A DNA stretch of 64,000 bases, from positions 3,942 through 67,941 of the IMG/VR virus record IMGVR_UViG_3300032322_001460; one strand, written 5' to 3'. The notes under the pieces are model-generated. The model had not been told where the DNA came from, searched no databases, and was given only the letters and a program-made list of their open reading frames with translations. How positions within the stretch are numbered: the first letter of the stretch is position 1; each line of letters opens with the position of its first letter. Below are positions 8,715 to 19,096 of this stretch, piece by piece. Position numbers and translations under genes: made by a program. This DNA is from a virus.

Positions 8715-9176
8715 TCAAAGCATAATTTGTCTAACTGTTGTTTGATTGTCCGAAGGTGGTATGCCGCCCTGCAACCTATATAAAGGCCTAGTTAAAAACG
8801 GACAAACATAAACATCTAAATCTTCACATTCTTTTTTTAAAAAATAACTGCTTGTTGGCCTTCCGTTGTGTGTGCAAACAGGATAATGAAACCCCAGATA
8901 TACTACATTAGAAATATTGTTATTTTTAAGATAAATCATTAATTCGTTTAGATCTGTAGTCGAATAATCAAATTTAACAGATATGCCTGGGTGAATCTCA
9001 GGAAAAAAATTTGAGGATACAAGTTTTGATCCCGCGGTCTTCAAATCTAACAATTTTTCAGAAAGCATTTCGATAAATTTTTCATTTACAGCTCTTTCTT
9101 TTTCGTAATCATCTAAATAGTTAGAGCTACCCAAATCCATTGCAATAATGGCTGTTTGTTTTAAGTTTATCGACAT
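8715..9176 (-). CDS. Hypothetical protein, possible isochorismatase/cysteine-hydrolase fold
   Basis: 'TAIIAMD' and 'ISNVVYLGFHYPVC' resemble the cysteine-hydrolase Asp and Cys motifs. Start taken as ATG 9176. Confidence 0.5.
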   Translation of the reverse strand: MSINLKQTAIIAMDLGSSNYLDDYEKERAVNEKFIEMLSEKLLDLKTAGSKLVSSNFFPEIHPGISVKFDYSTTDLNELMIYLKNNNISNVVYLGFHYPVCTHNGRPTSSYFLKKECEDLDVYVCPFLTRPLYRLQGGIPPSDNQTTVRQIML

Positions 9177-9188
9177 AATACTAATTAT

Positions 9189-10034
9189 ATGAAAATACAA
9201 ATTGAAACAAAGAATCTGAAACTTGATATTAATCTTTTTGATAACAAGTTTAATGATGAAATGATTAAAAAATTTGATAACGCTAGAGACTTTACGCTTT
9301 CTAGAATCACAAAACCAAAGCCTTTTTTATCTCTTGATAATACATCAAAAGTCTGGAACAATCTTAGAAACTCGTATTATAATTTTATATCAACAATCCA
9401 AACAGAAAAAATCTTAGACATACCTATAGAATTTGATAAAACTAATTACTGGTTAAACGTTTTGCATAGAGTATTTACAACTGCATTTCAGCACAAAACA
9501 TACATGGGCGATCCGATCATTTTGACCAACGACGGAATGCGTTATATTAATGATATTAATGATTTTTGTCATATTTTAGAAACTATGATCACAAACCAAA
9601 CTATAAAAAGTTGGGCAAAGAAACCGATAACTTATTTTGAATTTAGTTGTTCAAATTTAAATAAAACTACTATCATAAATTGTGAACCATATCTTAATAT
9701 AGTATCACAGGACGCCGATGCCTATGTATTAAAACACATTACAGGAAAAGATTTTTTAACTGCTTATTTTGACGATGATACTTCGAATAGTTGGGATGTA
9801 AATAACGGCCATGTTACATATGTGGGATTTACTTTAGATCCGTTAGGAGATTTTAAACGTGCCTGGAATGATCCAGATTTTATAAATTGGATAAATCAAT
9901 ACGGTTACACGGGTAAGATAGGTTTTATACCTATAGGAAATTTGAGCGATGCAGATAAGGAAAAACTCATAAAATTTTCAAAAGATACTAAAAATCTTTA
10001 TAAAACTCCGTTTACAGCAAAGATAGAAAATTAA
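9189..10034 (+). CDS. Hypothetical protein (lone + strand gene inside the - strand cluster)
   Basis: 281-aa ORF in very AT-rich DNA with no competing long ORF. Confidence 0.75.
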   Translation: MKIQIETKNLKLDINLFDNKFNDEMIKKFDNARDFTLSRITKPKPFLSLDNTSKVWNNLRNSYYNFISTIQTEKILDIPIEFDKTNYWLNVLHRVFTTAFQHKTYMGDPIILTNDGMRYINDINDFCHILETMITNQTIKSWAKKPITYFEFSCSNLNKTTIINCEPYLNIVSQDADAYVLKHITGKDFLTAYFDDDTSNSWDVNNGHVTYVGFTLDPLGDFKRAWNDPDFINWINQYGYTGKIGFIPIGNLSDADKEKLIKFSKDTKNLYKTPFTAKIEN

Positions 10035-11205
10035 TAACAAAAAATTTTGTTTTTTTAGTAGCCATTTGTCTCCCGAAATTTATTTGATTCTTGTTTAATT
10101 TTTCTAACAATAAATCTGTTATTTTAAATTTTCTTCTACAATTTTCTAAAATAATTTTAATCCTATCTTTCGGCATAATTAAACTATCGTAAGATTCATC
10201 AAAGATTTCGGGGAAAGTTTCATAACCGTTTTTTCTAAGATATTCTAATGTGTTAGGGCTTCCAAAAATCATAAACGGATGTCCCATTAAAATAGGTTTA
10301 TAAGTTTTTTCGGTTATAAATGTTGTGTCTTTATGAACCTGTGTTTCGGAGACTAGACTAAAATATGTTGTAGAATAAAAGTCATTTGGGGATTCGTGAT
10401 CTTCGGTGTCGTCAATATCTATTCTCAAGGGAAAAGTTTTTTTAAAGTCTTCATAATCTGAGTTATCGTAATTATACCAATAATCAAAAGTATTTTTATC
10501 TAATAATTCATCTCTATTATTTTCCCATCTTGCAGATATTAAAGCAGAATCTATTAATCCAGACTTTTTTAAGTAATATACTAAAACTTGTCTATGAGGT
10601 CTCATTATATTATTAAGACATAAAAAATCTTTTTTCTTTTCTGTATTTTTATATAACTCTATAGCATTTAAAAAATTAAATCCGTTACTTCTAATATGAC
10701 GAATTAAATGAATAGCTTCAAATACATCTATACCTATTGTATTAATTTTATTTAAATATTTGTGTTCTAAGTTTTTATGTCGGAGAGTAGAAAGAATATC
10801 GCCTGTTATATAATAAATTTTTTCCGGAGGTATATTTTTATTTTTTAAAAAATCTACCAATTTTTCCCACCGAGGTTTATAATAATAATATGGAGCTGAT
10901 TCGACTCCGTGATACAATAATAAATCTACGTTATCATTATTTTTAATTGTTTCCCATACATGATTAGGAACATTTTCTAAATCTAAATAATCTATAGGTA
11001 ACAACAGATTAAAGATATAAAAATTTTTTTCTAAAGGTATCGGAGTTATTGTTTTTTTAAAGTTTAAACAGATGTGGCTACACAGCCATTCAAACGTCCA
11101 AGGATTTCCGTTATAGCTATCAGAAAATGTATTTTCTTTTTTATTAAATTTTGATAAATCAAAATCTAAATCTGGATATAAAAGATTAACAGTAATTTCA
11201 CGCAT
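10012..11205 (-). CDS. Putative glycosyltransferase-like protein (GT-B/GT10-like C-terminal motif)
   Basis: 'FLCLNNIMRPHR' and 'YFSLVSET...FITEKTYKPILMGHPFMIFG', similar to the alpha-1,3-fucosyltransferase 'F.L..EN...YITEK' motif. Confidence 0.5.
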   Translation of the reverse strand: MREITVNLLYPDLDFDLSKFNKKENTFSDSYNGNPWTFEWLCSHICLNFKKTITPIPLEKNFYIFNLLLPIDYLDLENVPNHVWETIKNNDNVDLLLYHGVESAPYYYYKPRWEKLVDFLKNKNIPPEKIYYITGDILSTLRHKNLEHKYLNKINTIGIDVFEAIHLIRHIRSNGFNFLNAIELYKNTEKKKDFLCLNNIMRPHRQVLVYYLKKSGLIDSALISARWENNRDELLDKNTFDYWYNYDNSDYEDFKKTFPLRIDIDDTEDHESPNDFYSTTYFSLVSETQVHKDTTFITEKTYKPILMGHPFMIFGSPNTLEYLRKNGYETFPEIFDESYDSLIMPKDRIKIILENCRRKFKITDLLLEKLNKNQINFGRQMATKKTKFFVINFLSLL

Positions 11206-11992
11206 TTAAATTAGAATTTAAATAAATTTCTTCAGCGAATCTAATATGGCAGATTTCACTAGGATGTCCGAACCCACATGTTTCTGATTCGTCTTTAATT
11301 ATTAAAAATTTATTTTTTAAAAAAAGCATATGTTCTATCTGCTTATAGGTATCAGAAATAAAAAAATCAACCCCTTTTGTATTTTTATTAAACTGAGTAT
11401 CCAGAAAATGAAAACTAGGTCTCATAAACTGTAATCTTATATGTATCTTAGATTCTAAAGATTTAAAAAGCAATAAAGTTTTACAATAATTCCATAATAA
11501 CAGTTGATCATTAAAAATTTCAGTGACTAATTTATTTCTAAAATTTAGATCCTTCCATTGAAAATCTAATCCGAACATCTTTGTTTTAGGAGAGCCGTTA
11601 TCAAATAAAAATAAACGCTCAACTGACGTTAAACCAACTACCACTAGGTCATCATCTTTAATTTTGTTCAAATGTAAATCTCGAACAATATTATAATAAT
11701 GTTCATCTATTGCTGTTCCGCCCTTTGCTCTATTTTCAAATTCTATATTTAATCTTTTTGCAAGGTGTGCAGCCCATGCAGAGTTCCACGCAATATTTTG
11801 ATTTATGTTTAGCCAATGCCTAATCGGTAAACCGTTATGTTCCTTATCGAACCATTTATCTAATTTTTTAATTTTTTTCTTTTCTAAGTTGCACTCTTCA
11901 AAGGTCATTCCTAACGCTTCGTGGTCTTTTAATTCCTCTCCGGCAGTATAACTACAGCCATAGGCTAAAATCCTTTTAAAGTTTTTTGACAT
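11198..11992 (-). CDS. SGNH/GDSL hydrolase or acyltransferase-like protein
   Basis: Block I 'AYGCSYTAG', block II 'NRAKGG', C-terminal 'GHPSEICH'. Confidence 0.7.
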   Translation of the reverse strand: MSKNFKRILAYGCSYTAGEELKDHEALGMTFEECNLEKKKIKKLDKWFDKEHNGLPIRHWLNINQNIAWNSAWAAHLAKRLNIEFENRAKGGTAIDEHYYNIVRDLHLNKIKDDDLVVVGLTSVERLFLFDNGSPKTKMFGLDFQWKDLNFRNKLVTEIFNDQLLLWNYCKTLLLFKSLESKIHIRLQFMRPSFHFLDTQFNKNTKGVDFFISDTYKQIEHMLFLKNKFLIIKDESETCGFGHPSEICHIRFAEEIYLNSNLNA

Positions 11993-13217
11993 TTTTTTTC
12001 ATTCCGTCTACATAGATCTTATCTATTTGACTTTTTTCCCCGCAGGTCATAGCACAATAAGAAAGTCTGCCGTCTTTAAATTTAGGTATATCCCAAGATT
12101 TAGTATAAACTTCATCTAACCATCCGCCGTCTATAATATCGTTAAATGATCTCTTATTAAGATTAAAATTGTCCTTTCCTACTTGATTAATAGAATAACG
12201 TAATTGTGTATCTTCATAAAGATCGATTGTACTGTCAACTCGAGTTCCTATATAGCAACACGGAAACACTATACCATGACAGCTTACATAAATTTCTGTT
12301 TTTTTCTCTAATAAATTCGAACAATCACTTTTGCATTTAATTTTGTGCTGTTCATGCTCCATTATATACTGATTGTAAGGGGGAATATTTTCATGAGTAA
12401 ATTCTTCTAATCTTCGCTTAACTCCGGGATGTTCTCTGGTTTCTTTTATTCCGTTGAGATAACTTAAATCTATTTTTTGTACTACCTGCTTACTAGAATT
12501 TTTATATTCATTAACATTGACCAAAGAACCGTCTGTCGGGGGTTCTATTACGTATGCTAAATCTCCGTTCCTGTCGTATATTCCACGAGATTTGTATCCT
12601 CCATTTGGATCTTCAAATCCTAAGGCACGTTTTACTAGAAACTTCTCGAATTTTAATTTTTTAGCTAATTCTCTCGCTTCTTCAATCTGATGTTCATTAT
12701 GTTTAAAAGTAAGGTAATCCCACCATGCCCTCGCACCTGTTGATGTAAATGCTTCAACATTTTCTATTAGTTGATCCCATTTAACATTTCTTCTATATAA
12801 GTGATTTGTATCTTCTAATCCGTCAATGCTAAATGTAACCACTCCGGCTGGATCTTCTTTTAAAATATTTCCTAGCTCTTTCCAAAAATCGGGTTTTCGC
12901 ATTCCGCCGTTGGTATTAAACATTAATACTGTTTTTTTAGACGATTCTCTTATGTATCTTACGATTTCTAAAAGATCCTTAGACATCATCGGATCACCAT
13001 GAGTTCCGCAAAACAAGATCCTTTGCATATTTTGTAACGCTTCGGCCGGAAACCAATTTTTAAATTGATCTATAGATATTTGTTCTAAATTTAAATCCGG
13101 TCTTAAAATATCTGTTGCATCTACGAACCTAGGACAGAAGGGGCAGGCAGCATTACAGTAATTTGTAAGCTCAATGTGCATTAACGCAACTCTACTATTT
13201 TTCCAAAGATATTTCAT
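11976..13217 (-). CDS. Radical SAM enzyme with C-terminal SPASM/twitch-like domain
   Basis: CNAACPFC (CX3CX2C), 'GTHGDP', 'FSIDG' and C-terminal 'IKC...GIVFPCC...CAMTC'. Confidence 0.88.
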   Translation of the reverse strand: MKYLWKNSRVALMHIELTNYCNAACPFCPRFVDATDILRPDLNLEQISIDQFKNWFPAEALQNMQRILFCGTHGDPMMSKDLLEIVRYIRESSKKTVLMFNTNGGMRKPDFWKELGNILKEDPAGVVTFSIDGLEDTNHLYRRNVKWDQLIENVEAFTSTGARAWWDYLTFKHNEHQIEEARELAKKLKFEKFLVKRALGFEDPNGGYKSRGIYDRNGDLAYVIEPPTDGSLVNVNEYKNSSKQVVQKIDLSYLNGIKETREHPGVKRRLEEFTHENIPPYNQYIMEHEQHKIKCKSDCSNLLEKKTEIYVSCHGIVFPCCYIGTRVDSTIDLYEDTQLRYSINQVGKDNFNLNKRSFNDIIDGGWLDEVYTKSWDIPKFKDGRLSYCAMTCGEKSQIDKIYVDGMKKNVKKL

Positions 13218-14397
13218 AACCGTGTTCTCTTATTATTTGATAAAATTCAGGAAATGTTTCCCGAAAACTCTGCGTTCTATAGTTATCGTGCCAAGCAGTG
13301 GTTGACAAAAATTGTTTCCATTTTTTATCGTTGAATTCATTTCCGTTCATAAAATCTAAGGTACTATCAACAAAATAGTACCCAGGCCATCCTGGTTTAG
13401 AATTAGATTTTATTTTTTCAGTAATAATTTTTTTTATCGACTCTGGAATGTTTTTAATACAATGTTGTTCCGGACCGTGTACAAGATTGAGATAAAGATT
13501 TTTAGTGTAATCACTAAAAAATTTCATTATCTCGTCTATATAAAAAATGTTAAAAGTACTTACTGTACAACAGATCGATGTGTGGAAGTTTGCATTTTCA
13601 TTTTGTATTTTTTGTACCTTTAAAAAATTTTCTAATACCTCATCCCATTTTGCAGGATACCTGATATAAGTTAAATGATCAAATATACCGTCTATGCTAA
13701 AATCTATAATAACTTTTTTAAAGTTATTTAAAATTTCAAATTTTTTCTCATCCCATATAGTGCCGTTAGTATTATAATGAACTGTTATATTTTTTGAATA
13801 TCCTTTATCGACTGCCAACTTCATTATTTCCCACTGCTTCTTAACAAGAAAGGGTTCTCCTCCGTAGAAGTCTAAGTGTTCGACATTTTCTAAATTTTTT
13901 TCAAATTCTTTCCAAAATAAACTATCGTCGTCGAATGCGTGATTATGAGATAATATAAACGATTTATATTGTGTATCAGTGCCTTTAAAATATCCTGCTT
14001 CTCTCCATTCGTCGTTCCATTGACTGCTATTAAAAGGGCCACAGGTTCTGCATTTAATATTACAAACTGTACCCATGCTGATGTCTAAAAATCTCGGACC
14101 TGCTGCGTCTAAGTTTAATAATTCTTTAAATTTTTTATTATCTCTAAGGCGCTTACTTTCTCTACCGGAAGCTTCTTCTTTCCAACAATAATCACAAGCA
14201 GGATTTTTTATTCCATTATCTAAATTAATTCTAATCTTTTTGGATGTTTCAGAATTTAATATTTCGTCAAACGAATGTGTAGAAACATTATACTTTATTT
14301 GGTCCGATGAAAACTGGCCTCGCTGCATACAGCAATGACTACAAGATCCGTCATTGTTTATTCTTAGACCGAACTTAGCGTTTACGCACTTAGTCAT
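13195..14397 (-). CDS. Radical SAM enzyme with N-terminal twitch-like domain
   Basis: N-terminal 'C...CSHCC...CDYC' followed by CNIKCRTC, 'FYGGEPF', 'NTNGT' and 'SIDG'. Confidence 0.88.
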   Translation of the reverse strand: MTKCVNAKFGLRINNDGSCSHCCMQRGQFSSDQIKYNVSTHSFDEILNSETSKKIRINLDNGIKNPACDYCWKEEASGRESKRLRDNKKFKELLNLDAAGPRFLDISMGTVCNIKCRTCGPFNSSQWNDEWREAGYFKGTDTQYKSFILSHNHAFDDDSLFWKEFEKNLENVEHLDFYGGEPFLVKKQWEIMKLAVDKGYSKNITVHYNTNGTIWDEKKFEILNNFKKVIIDFSIDGIFDHLTYIRYPAKWDEVLENFLKVQKIQNENANFHTSICCTVSTFNIFYIDEIMKFFSDYTKNLYLNLVHGPEQHCIKNIPESIKKIITEKIKSNSKPGWPGYYFVDSTLDFMNGNEFNDKKWKQFLSTTAWHDNYRTQSFRETFPEFYQIIREHGYEISLEK

Positions 14398-15595
14398 AAT
14401 AAGGTCCTAGCTCTGGAAATACCTCTAATATAGATTCATCTCTGCCGTCATCTAACTTTTTGGTATAGGCTTTAAATTTATCCCAAAGATCTGGAGAGAA
14501 ATCTTCTTTTAGATTATTAATCAACGATAAAAATTTATGAGGATACTTTTCGTACCAAACTGATTTATAAATTTTTTCTAATGCGATTTTCTTAATGTCG
14601 TCAGGTAAAACTTTAGGCTGTAAATGTTCTGGGTGTACTAGCAATTGAGGATATACATTTGTTTCCATAACCCAAGACTTTGTCGATATTTCGTCAAAAA
14701 ATTCAGTTATATAAAAAGCATTATAAGCCATAAATGTAGAATTGATTGTTATCTCTCTATTAGACCCAAATTCTTTACAAATTTTTTCTAAGTTTTCTTG
14801 GACTGTAGAATCTTTATATCCAGAACGTATGTATTCTCCTAACTTTCCAAAGCTGTCAATTGAAACGCTATAAGTTACTTTACTGAAGTGTTTCCACAAA
14901 TTTAAAATATCATTTTTCTTATAGTCAAGGATACTTCCGTTACTTTGATAATATAATTCCGGTTTGATATTGTTATCTATGCACCATCTTAAAAATTCAT
15001 AATGTTCATCTTGAACAAGAGGTTCTCCTCCAGCAAAATAAACATATTTCATTTGTTTAATATATTCTTTATTTTTATTACAGAATTCAGTAACATTGTT
15101 TATGCTAACAATAGGTTTTTTTGGTTTTTCAATCCAACCGAGCAAATTAGCATCTTCATACCATTTTGTACTGTAATTAACTCCGCACATTCTACATTTA
15201 TAATTACAGATATTGTTAAACCTAACATCCCAATAAAGTATGTTAACAGTTTCTAAACTGCCGTCTTCGTTAGTTGAGTTTAAAATCGCTGAAACTACGT
15301 CTTCGGATAGATACTTTGAATTGGCATGATTTCTTCCAGAATGAGTTCCATACTTTTCTAATTCATAACATTGTTGACAATCTGAATTAGGTGTATCGCT
15401 TAACATGTCTCTTCTTAGATTTTTAAATTTTTCATAACTGAATAATACAGGAAATTCTCCCTCGTCGATATGTGGATATTGATTTTCATTTTTTGCCATA
15501 CAGCAAGGAACTAGTCTTCCTTGTGTATTGACATGAATGTGCATCCAAGGTAATACGCAAAAATAAGGTTTATCTTTTAGATTGCTCATATTCAC
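14390..15595 (-). CDS. Radical SAM enzyme with N-terminal twitch-like domain
   Basis: 'FCVLPW...LVPCC...CQQC' followed by CNYKCRMC and 'FAGGEPL'. Confidence 0.88.
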   Translation of the reverse strand: MNMSNLKDKPYFCVLPWMHIHVNTQGRLVPCCMAKNENQYPHIDEGEFPVLFSYEKFKNLRRDMLSDTPNSDCQQCYELEKYGTHSGRNHANSKYLSEDVVSAILNSTNEDGSLETVNILYWDVRFNNICNYKCRMCGVNYSTKWYEDANLLGWIEKPKKPIVSINNVTEFCNKNKEYIKQMKYVYFAGGEPLVQDEHYEFLRWCIDNNIKPELYYQSNGSILDYKKNDILNLWKHFSKVTYSVSIDSFGKLGEYIRSGYKDSTVQENLEKICKEFGSNREITINSTFMAYNAFYITEFFDEISTKSWVMETNVYPQLLVHPEHLQPKVLPDDIKKIALEKIYKSVWYEKYPHKFLSLINNLKEDFSPDLWDKFKAYTKKLDDGRDESILEVFPELGPYYD

Positions 15596-16973
15596 CTTTG
15601 CACAGTTGCATAAAATCCATGTAGAGAGGAAACGTATCAGAAAAATTTAAATTACTTCGTTTATCGTATTCTGTAAAAAATTTATAAAAATCAATCCTAC
15701 CATTCCTAATTAAATCTTCAGTGATTTTTTGGCCGCCTTCATAAAAATAATCTCTTACCCGTTTTAGTTTTTCGTATTCGTGTTCGCTAAATTTATTAGC
15801 ATTACGAAAAACAGGAATATTTTCTTTTATAAATTTTAAATCGTCGTCGATAAATTTTCCAAACTCCTTAGGCAAAATGTTTATCATCCAATGAGGCGGT
15901 TCTTTCAGATAGGGTGTATCGAAATGTATCCTGTTTTGTCCGTTATTAAATTTCTTTCTTAGTTCTAATATCTTTTCTAATAAAGGTCTAAAATATGCTA
16001 CCGATAGAACATTATATGTAATCATAAAAGATATCTGAAAATTAGGATTAGTATTTAAATAAGTTTCTAAATTCTTTTCCCATAATTCGACATCCAAACC
16101 TCGACGTATATACTCTGCCTGGGGGCCCCATGAGTCAATCGATGTATATAAAAAGAAAGCCTTGACTTTGTTCGTATTCAACAAAGAATTCATAGTTTCG
16201 CTCATTCTTTTGATTTTTTCGTTGCTTACTCCAAGATTACTATTCATATTCAATTCTAGCTCTGGGCAGGGATCCTTGTCTATCATTTCTAGCAACTTCC
16301 AGGTATTAGAATTCATTAAAGGCTCTCCGCCAGTAATACGGAATACTCTTAAATCTTTCTTAAGACTAGGCCACCATTCCCAAAAAGCGTTAACATACGG
16401 ATTAGGCTCGTCGTCCGAATAAACTTTCATCTGGTCAAGGAATTCTATTCCGTATTGATTGTAACTGATGTCATAATTTCCGTGTTTTTTAATCTCGTCA
16501 ATCCATAAGCTACTGGCTTGCGGACAACAGTATCCGCATTTAAAATTACATCCATTGCCGAAACTTGCTTCTAGAAACATAGGATTAACATTAGTATCCC
16601 AAGGAATCGATCTGATATATTCTGTTTCTTTTTGTGCGTCTAACCATTTACTAGCACTATGAAACATCCTGTCACTATAATGTTCTCCCGGAAGATCCTC
16701 TATGTTCCAACAATAATAACATTCATCCGGTCTTCCTCCTTCGAGCATAGTTTTACGCTGTTCTTTTTTCCAAGAAGTATTATGTAAAGCACTTACATCG
16801 ATTTTAATTTCTTCAAGTGGAATTTTTTGAGGCCGGGGATGGTAACAACTATGATTATCTCCCATGTGGAGATACAATGTTTCATTTCTCCATTTCATTA
16901 AACAAAATCCAGGTCCTACTGAATTAAGTGTATCTCTGGTCTGTCGGACCCTATCCATGTAACTATTTGACAT
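15570..16973 (-). CDS. Radical SAM enzyme with N-terminal twitch-like domain (HSCYHP variant)
   Basis: 'FCLMKW...HSCYHP...ECYYCW' followed by CNFKCGYC and 'ITGGEPL'. Confidence 0.88.
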   Translation of the reverse strand: MSNSYMDRVRQTRDTLNSVGPGFCLMKWRNETLYLHMGDNHSCYHPRPQKIPLEEIKIDVSALHNTSWKKEQRKTMLEGGRPDECYYCWNIEDLPGEHYSDRMFHSASKWLDAQKETEYIRSIPWDTNVNPMFLEASFGNGCNFKCGYCCPQASSLWIDEIKKHGNYDISYNQYGIEFLDQMKVYSDDEPNPYVNAFWEWWPSLKKDLRVFRITGGEPLMNSNTWKLLEMIDKDPCPELELNMNSNLGVSNEKIKRMSETMNSLLNTNKVKAFFLYTSIDSWGPQAEYIRRGLDVELWEKNLETYLNTNPNFQISFMITYNVLSVAYFRPLLEKILELRKKFNNGQNRIHFDTPYLKEPPHWMINILPKEFGKFIDDDLKFIKENIPVFRNANKFSEHEYEKLKRVRDYFYEGGQKITEDLIRNGRIDFYKFFTEYDKRSNLNFSDTFPLYMDFMQLCKGEYEQSKR

Positions 16974-17676
16974 TATCTAACCTTTGTTTTAAATCTATCA
17001 TTCCGGATAACTTTCCGTCTATTACATCTACTACTATTTTAAATAATTCATCATGAATGCACCATTCGCCTAAATGATTGGGTCTTGAATCATCTTCCAA
17101 TATCTTAATAATCTCTTGTGGACTAAGAGTGGGGTCTAATTCCATTCTTGAAAAATATATTAGCGCAGGGCGGATTTCATTTGCAAAATTATCATAGTAA
17201 ATATATTCTTCAAGAATTCGACAAGACCGAGAAGAACCGTTAGTATACTCACTAGGGAATGCCCAAAAAATCAAATGAGGTATATTTCGTTCAATAAGAA
17301 GTTCTTTCACCCTTGCCATATACAGTTTAGTTTGTTCGCCATGCAACCTATAATTGTAAAAATGTTCCGTATACAATTTTCTTAACTCGTTGTTCATTTT
17401 TACATTTGCATAAGGTCGTGTTACATCTGACCATCCAATAATAACAAAATCGTTGCTACTTATACTATCAATGTTTTCAACAAATTTTAAAAAAATATGA
17501 GAATTACTGTAGCCGCCTTTTGAAAAATTTCTTACTTTATATTTTCGAGAAAGTTGTTCTATCCATGATAGCTGTTTTGCATGTAATCTAATATTTTCAA
17601 AAATCCTTTGAATCAAAGACGGCTGTTCGTAACTTGTTGAAAAACTATCTCCAAAAATATAAAGTTTACGTGACAC
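16963..17676 (-). CDS. SGNH/GDSL hydrolase or acyltransferase-like protein
   Basis: 'IFGDSFS', 'NFSKGGYSN' and C-terminal 'PNHL'. Confidence 0.7.
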   Translation of the reverse strand: MSRKLYIFGDSFSTSYEQPSLIQRIFENIRLHAKQLSWIEQLSRKYKVRNFSKGGYSNSHIFLKFVENIDSISSNDFVIIGWSDVTRPYANVKMNNELRKLYTEHFYNYRLHGEQTKLYMARVKELLIERNIPHLIFWAFPSEYTNGSSRSCRILEEYIYYDNFANEIRPALIYFSRMELDPTLSPQEIIKILEDDSRPNHLGEWCIHDELFKIVVDVIDGKLSGMIDLKQRLDNVK

Positions 17677-19096
17677 TATTCTTACATTCCTTCCAAAAAT
17701 TTTCTAATTCCGGAAACGCTTCCAAAAAATTTGTGTTTCTACGTTTATCGTGCTGACTAAAAAACATATAAAAATTTTCCATTGCTAAATTTTTATTAAA
17801 TCCTGTATCTGATTTTATCCAATCAATTAATCTTTGAACTTTACTAATTTCAAAATCACTGAAACCTTTAAATTCGTTCCATCGTGTTTCAGGATTTCGT
17901 TTCATAAATTCAATAGTTTTTTCTAATTCAGGAATTAATTCAGGAATTAATTTAGGATTTAAAAAATCCGGATCTATTAATTGCGGAACATCGAACCAAA
18001 CTAATTGACGATTTACATTATATTGTTTTCTCAAATTTAAAATATTTTCAATATAGTTGTAAAATCCTGTATAACTTAATGAATTAAAAGTAATTATAAA
18101 TGTAAGACTATGCTTATCTGAATTTTGTAAATAATCACAAACATTTTTATAAAGTAAATTAAAATCCATTCCGTTACGTATATATTCTGCCTGCTTGCCC
18201 CAACTGTCTAAACTGCAAAATAACATAAAATGATCTATAGCATCCGCATCTGTAATTTCTTTTAGACCGGTCATAAACTTAGACCATTGCTCACCTGGAG
18301 GGCAGCAATTACTTGTAATACTCAAATGTAAATCTTTCTTAGGATTTAATTTAACGTAGTCAAACATTCTAAAAGTGTTTTTGTCCATCAACGGCTCACC
18401 GCCAGTCATACGGAAAGTTTGTAGCGTAGGATAAATTTGTGGCAACCATTCCCAGAATGCTAAAAGATAAGGATTATCGGGACCGTTATTGATCGGAACT
18501 TCGCTTTCGATCCATCTTGTATCATTATGAATCCTGTCAGACAATTTATAAGGACCGCATTTTTTAATCTCATCCATCCAGGCAGTGCTAAGATGAGGAC
18601 TACAATAACTACATTTAAAATTGCAGGCCTGATTAAAATTTACCTCAACATATCTAGGATTGGCATTGCCGCTGGCTCCGACTGTTAAAGCTTCTTCAAT
18701 AAGTTCTGGTTCCCAAACATCTTTACTTCTATATGCTCTGTCACTGAGTTGTGAACCGCTGTCTTCTATCTGCCAACAAAATTCACATTCCTTGGGACGA
18801 ACTCCTTCTAACATTAATTGTCTTTGGCTTTTTTTATATTTCGTATTATGCAATGCACTTACATCGATTTTAATTTCTTCATTTGGTATTACGTGACTTC
18901 TAGGATGATAACAACTATGTGTACGACCTGTAGGAATATGTATACTGACATTGAACCACTTAGCTAAACAAAAACTATTACTAATTTTGTTTAATTGTTG
19001 ATGAACGTATTCAGCGTCAAGTAGATATCTCGATTGATATCTACCATCAATTTTTCTTAATCCATTTCCTTTTATGTTCCTATTAAACTCCATCAA
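17666..19096 (-). CDS. Radical SAM enzyme with N-terminal twitch-like domain (HSCYHP variant), paralogue of 15570-16973
   Basis: 'FCLAKW...HSCYHP...ECEFCW' followed by CNFKCSYC and 'MTGGEPL'; shares 'EIKIDVSALHNT' with the paralogue. Confidence 0.88.
   Translation of the reverse strand: MMEFNRNIKGNGLRKIDGRYQSRYLLDAEYVHQQLNKISNSFCLAKWFNVSIHIPTGRTHSCYHPRSHVIPNEEIKIDVSALHNTKYKKSQRQLMLEGVRPKECEFCWQIEDSGSQLSDRAYRSKDVWEPELIEEALTVGASGNANPRYVEVNFNQACNFKCSYCSPHLSTAWMDEIKKCGPYKLSDRIHNDTRWIESEVPINNGPDNPYLLAFWEWLPQIYPTLQTFRMTGGEPLMDKNTFRMFDYVKLNPKKDLHLSITSNCCPPGEQWSKFMTGLKEITDADAIDHFMLFCSLDSWGKQAEYIRNGMDFNLLYKNVCDYLQNSDKHSLTFIITFNSLSYTGFYNYIENILNLRKQYNVNRQLVWFDVPQLIDPDFLNPKLIPELIPELEKTIEFMKRNPETRWNEFKGFSDFEISKVQRLIDWIKSDTGFNKNLAMENFYMFFSQHDKRRNTNFLEAFPELENFWKECKNSVT

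Noticed and set aside
11976-19096. Radical SAM/SPASM cluster as a RiPP pathway
   Set aside because: No precursor peptide, RRE/PqqD domain, peptidase or exporter seen; neighbours are sugar enzymes. Not fully excluded, since a structural protein could be the substrate.
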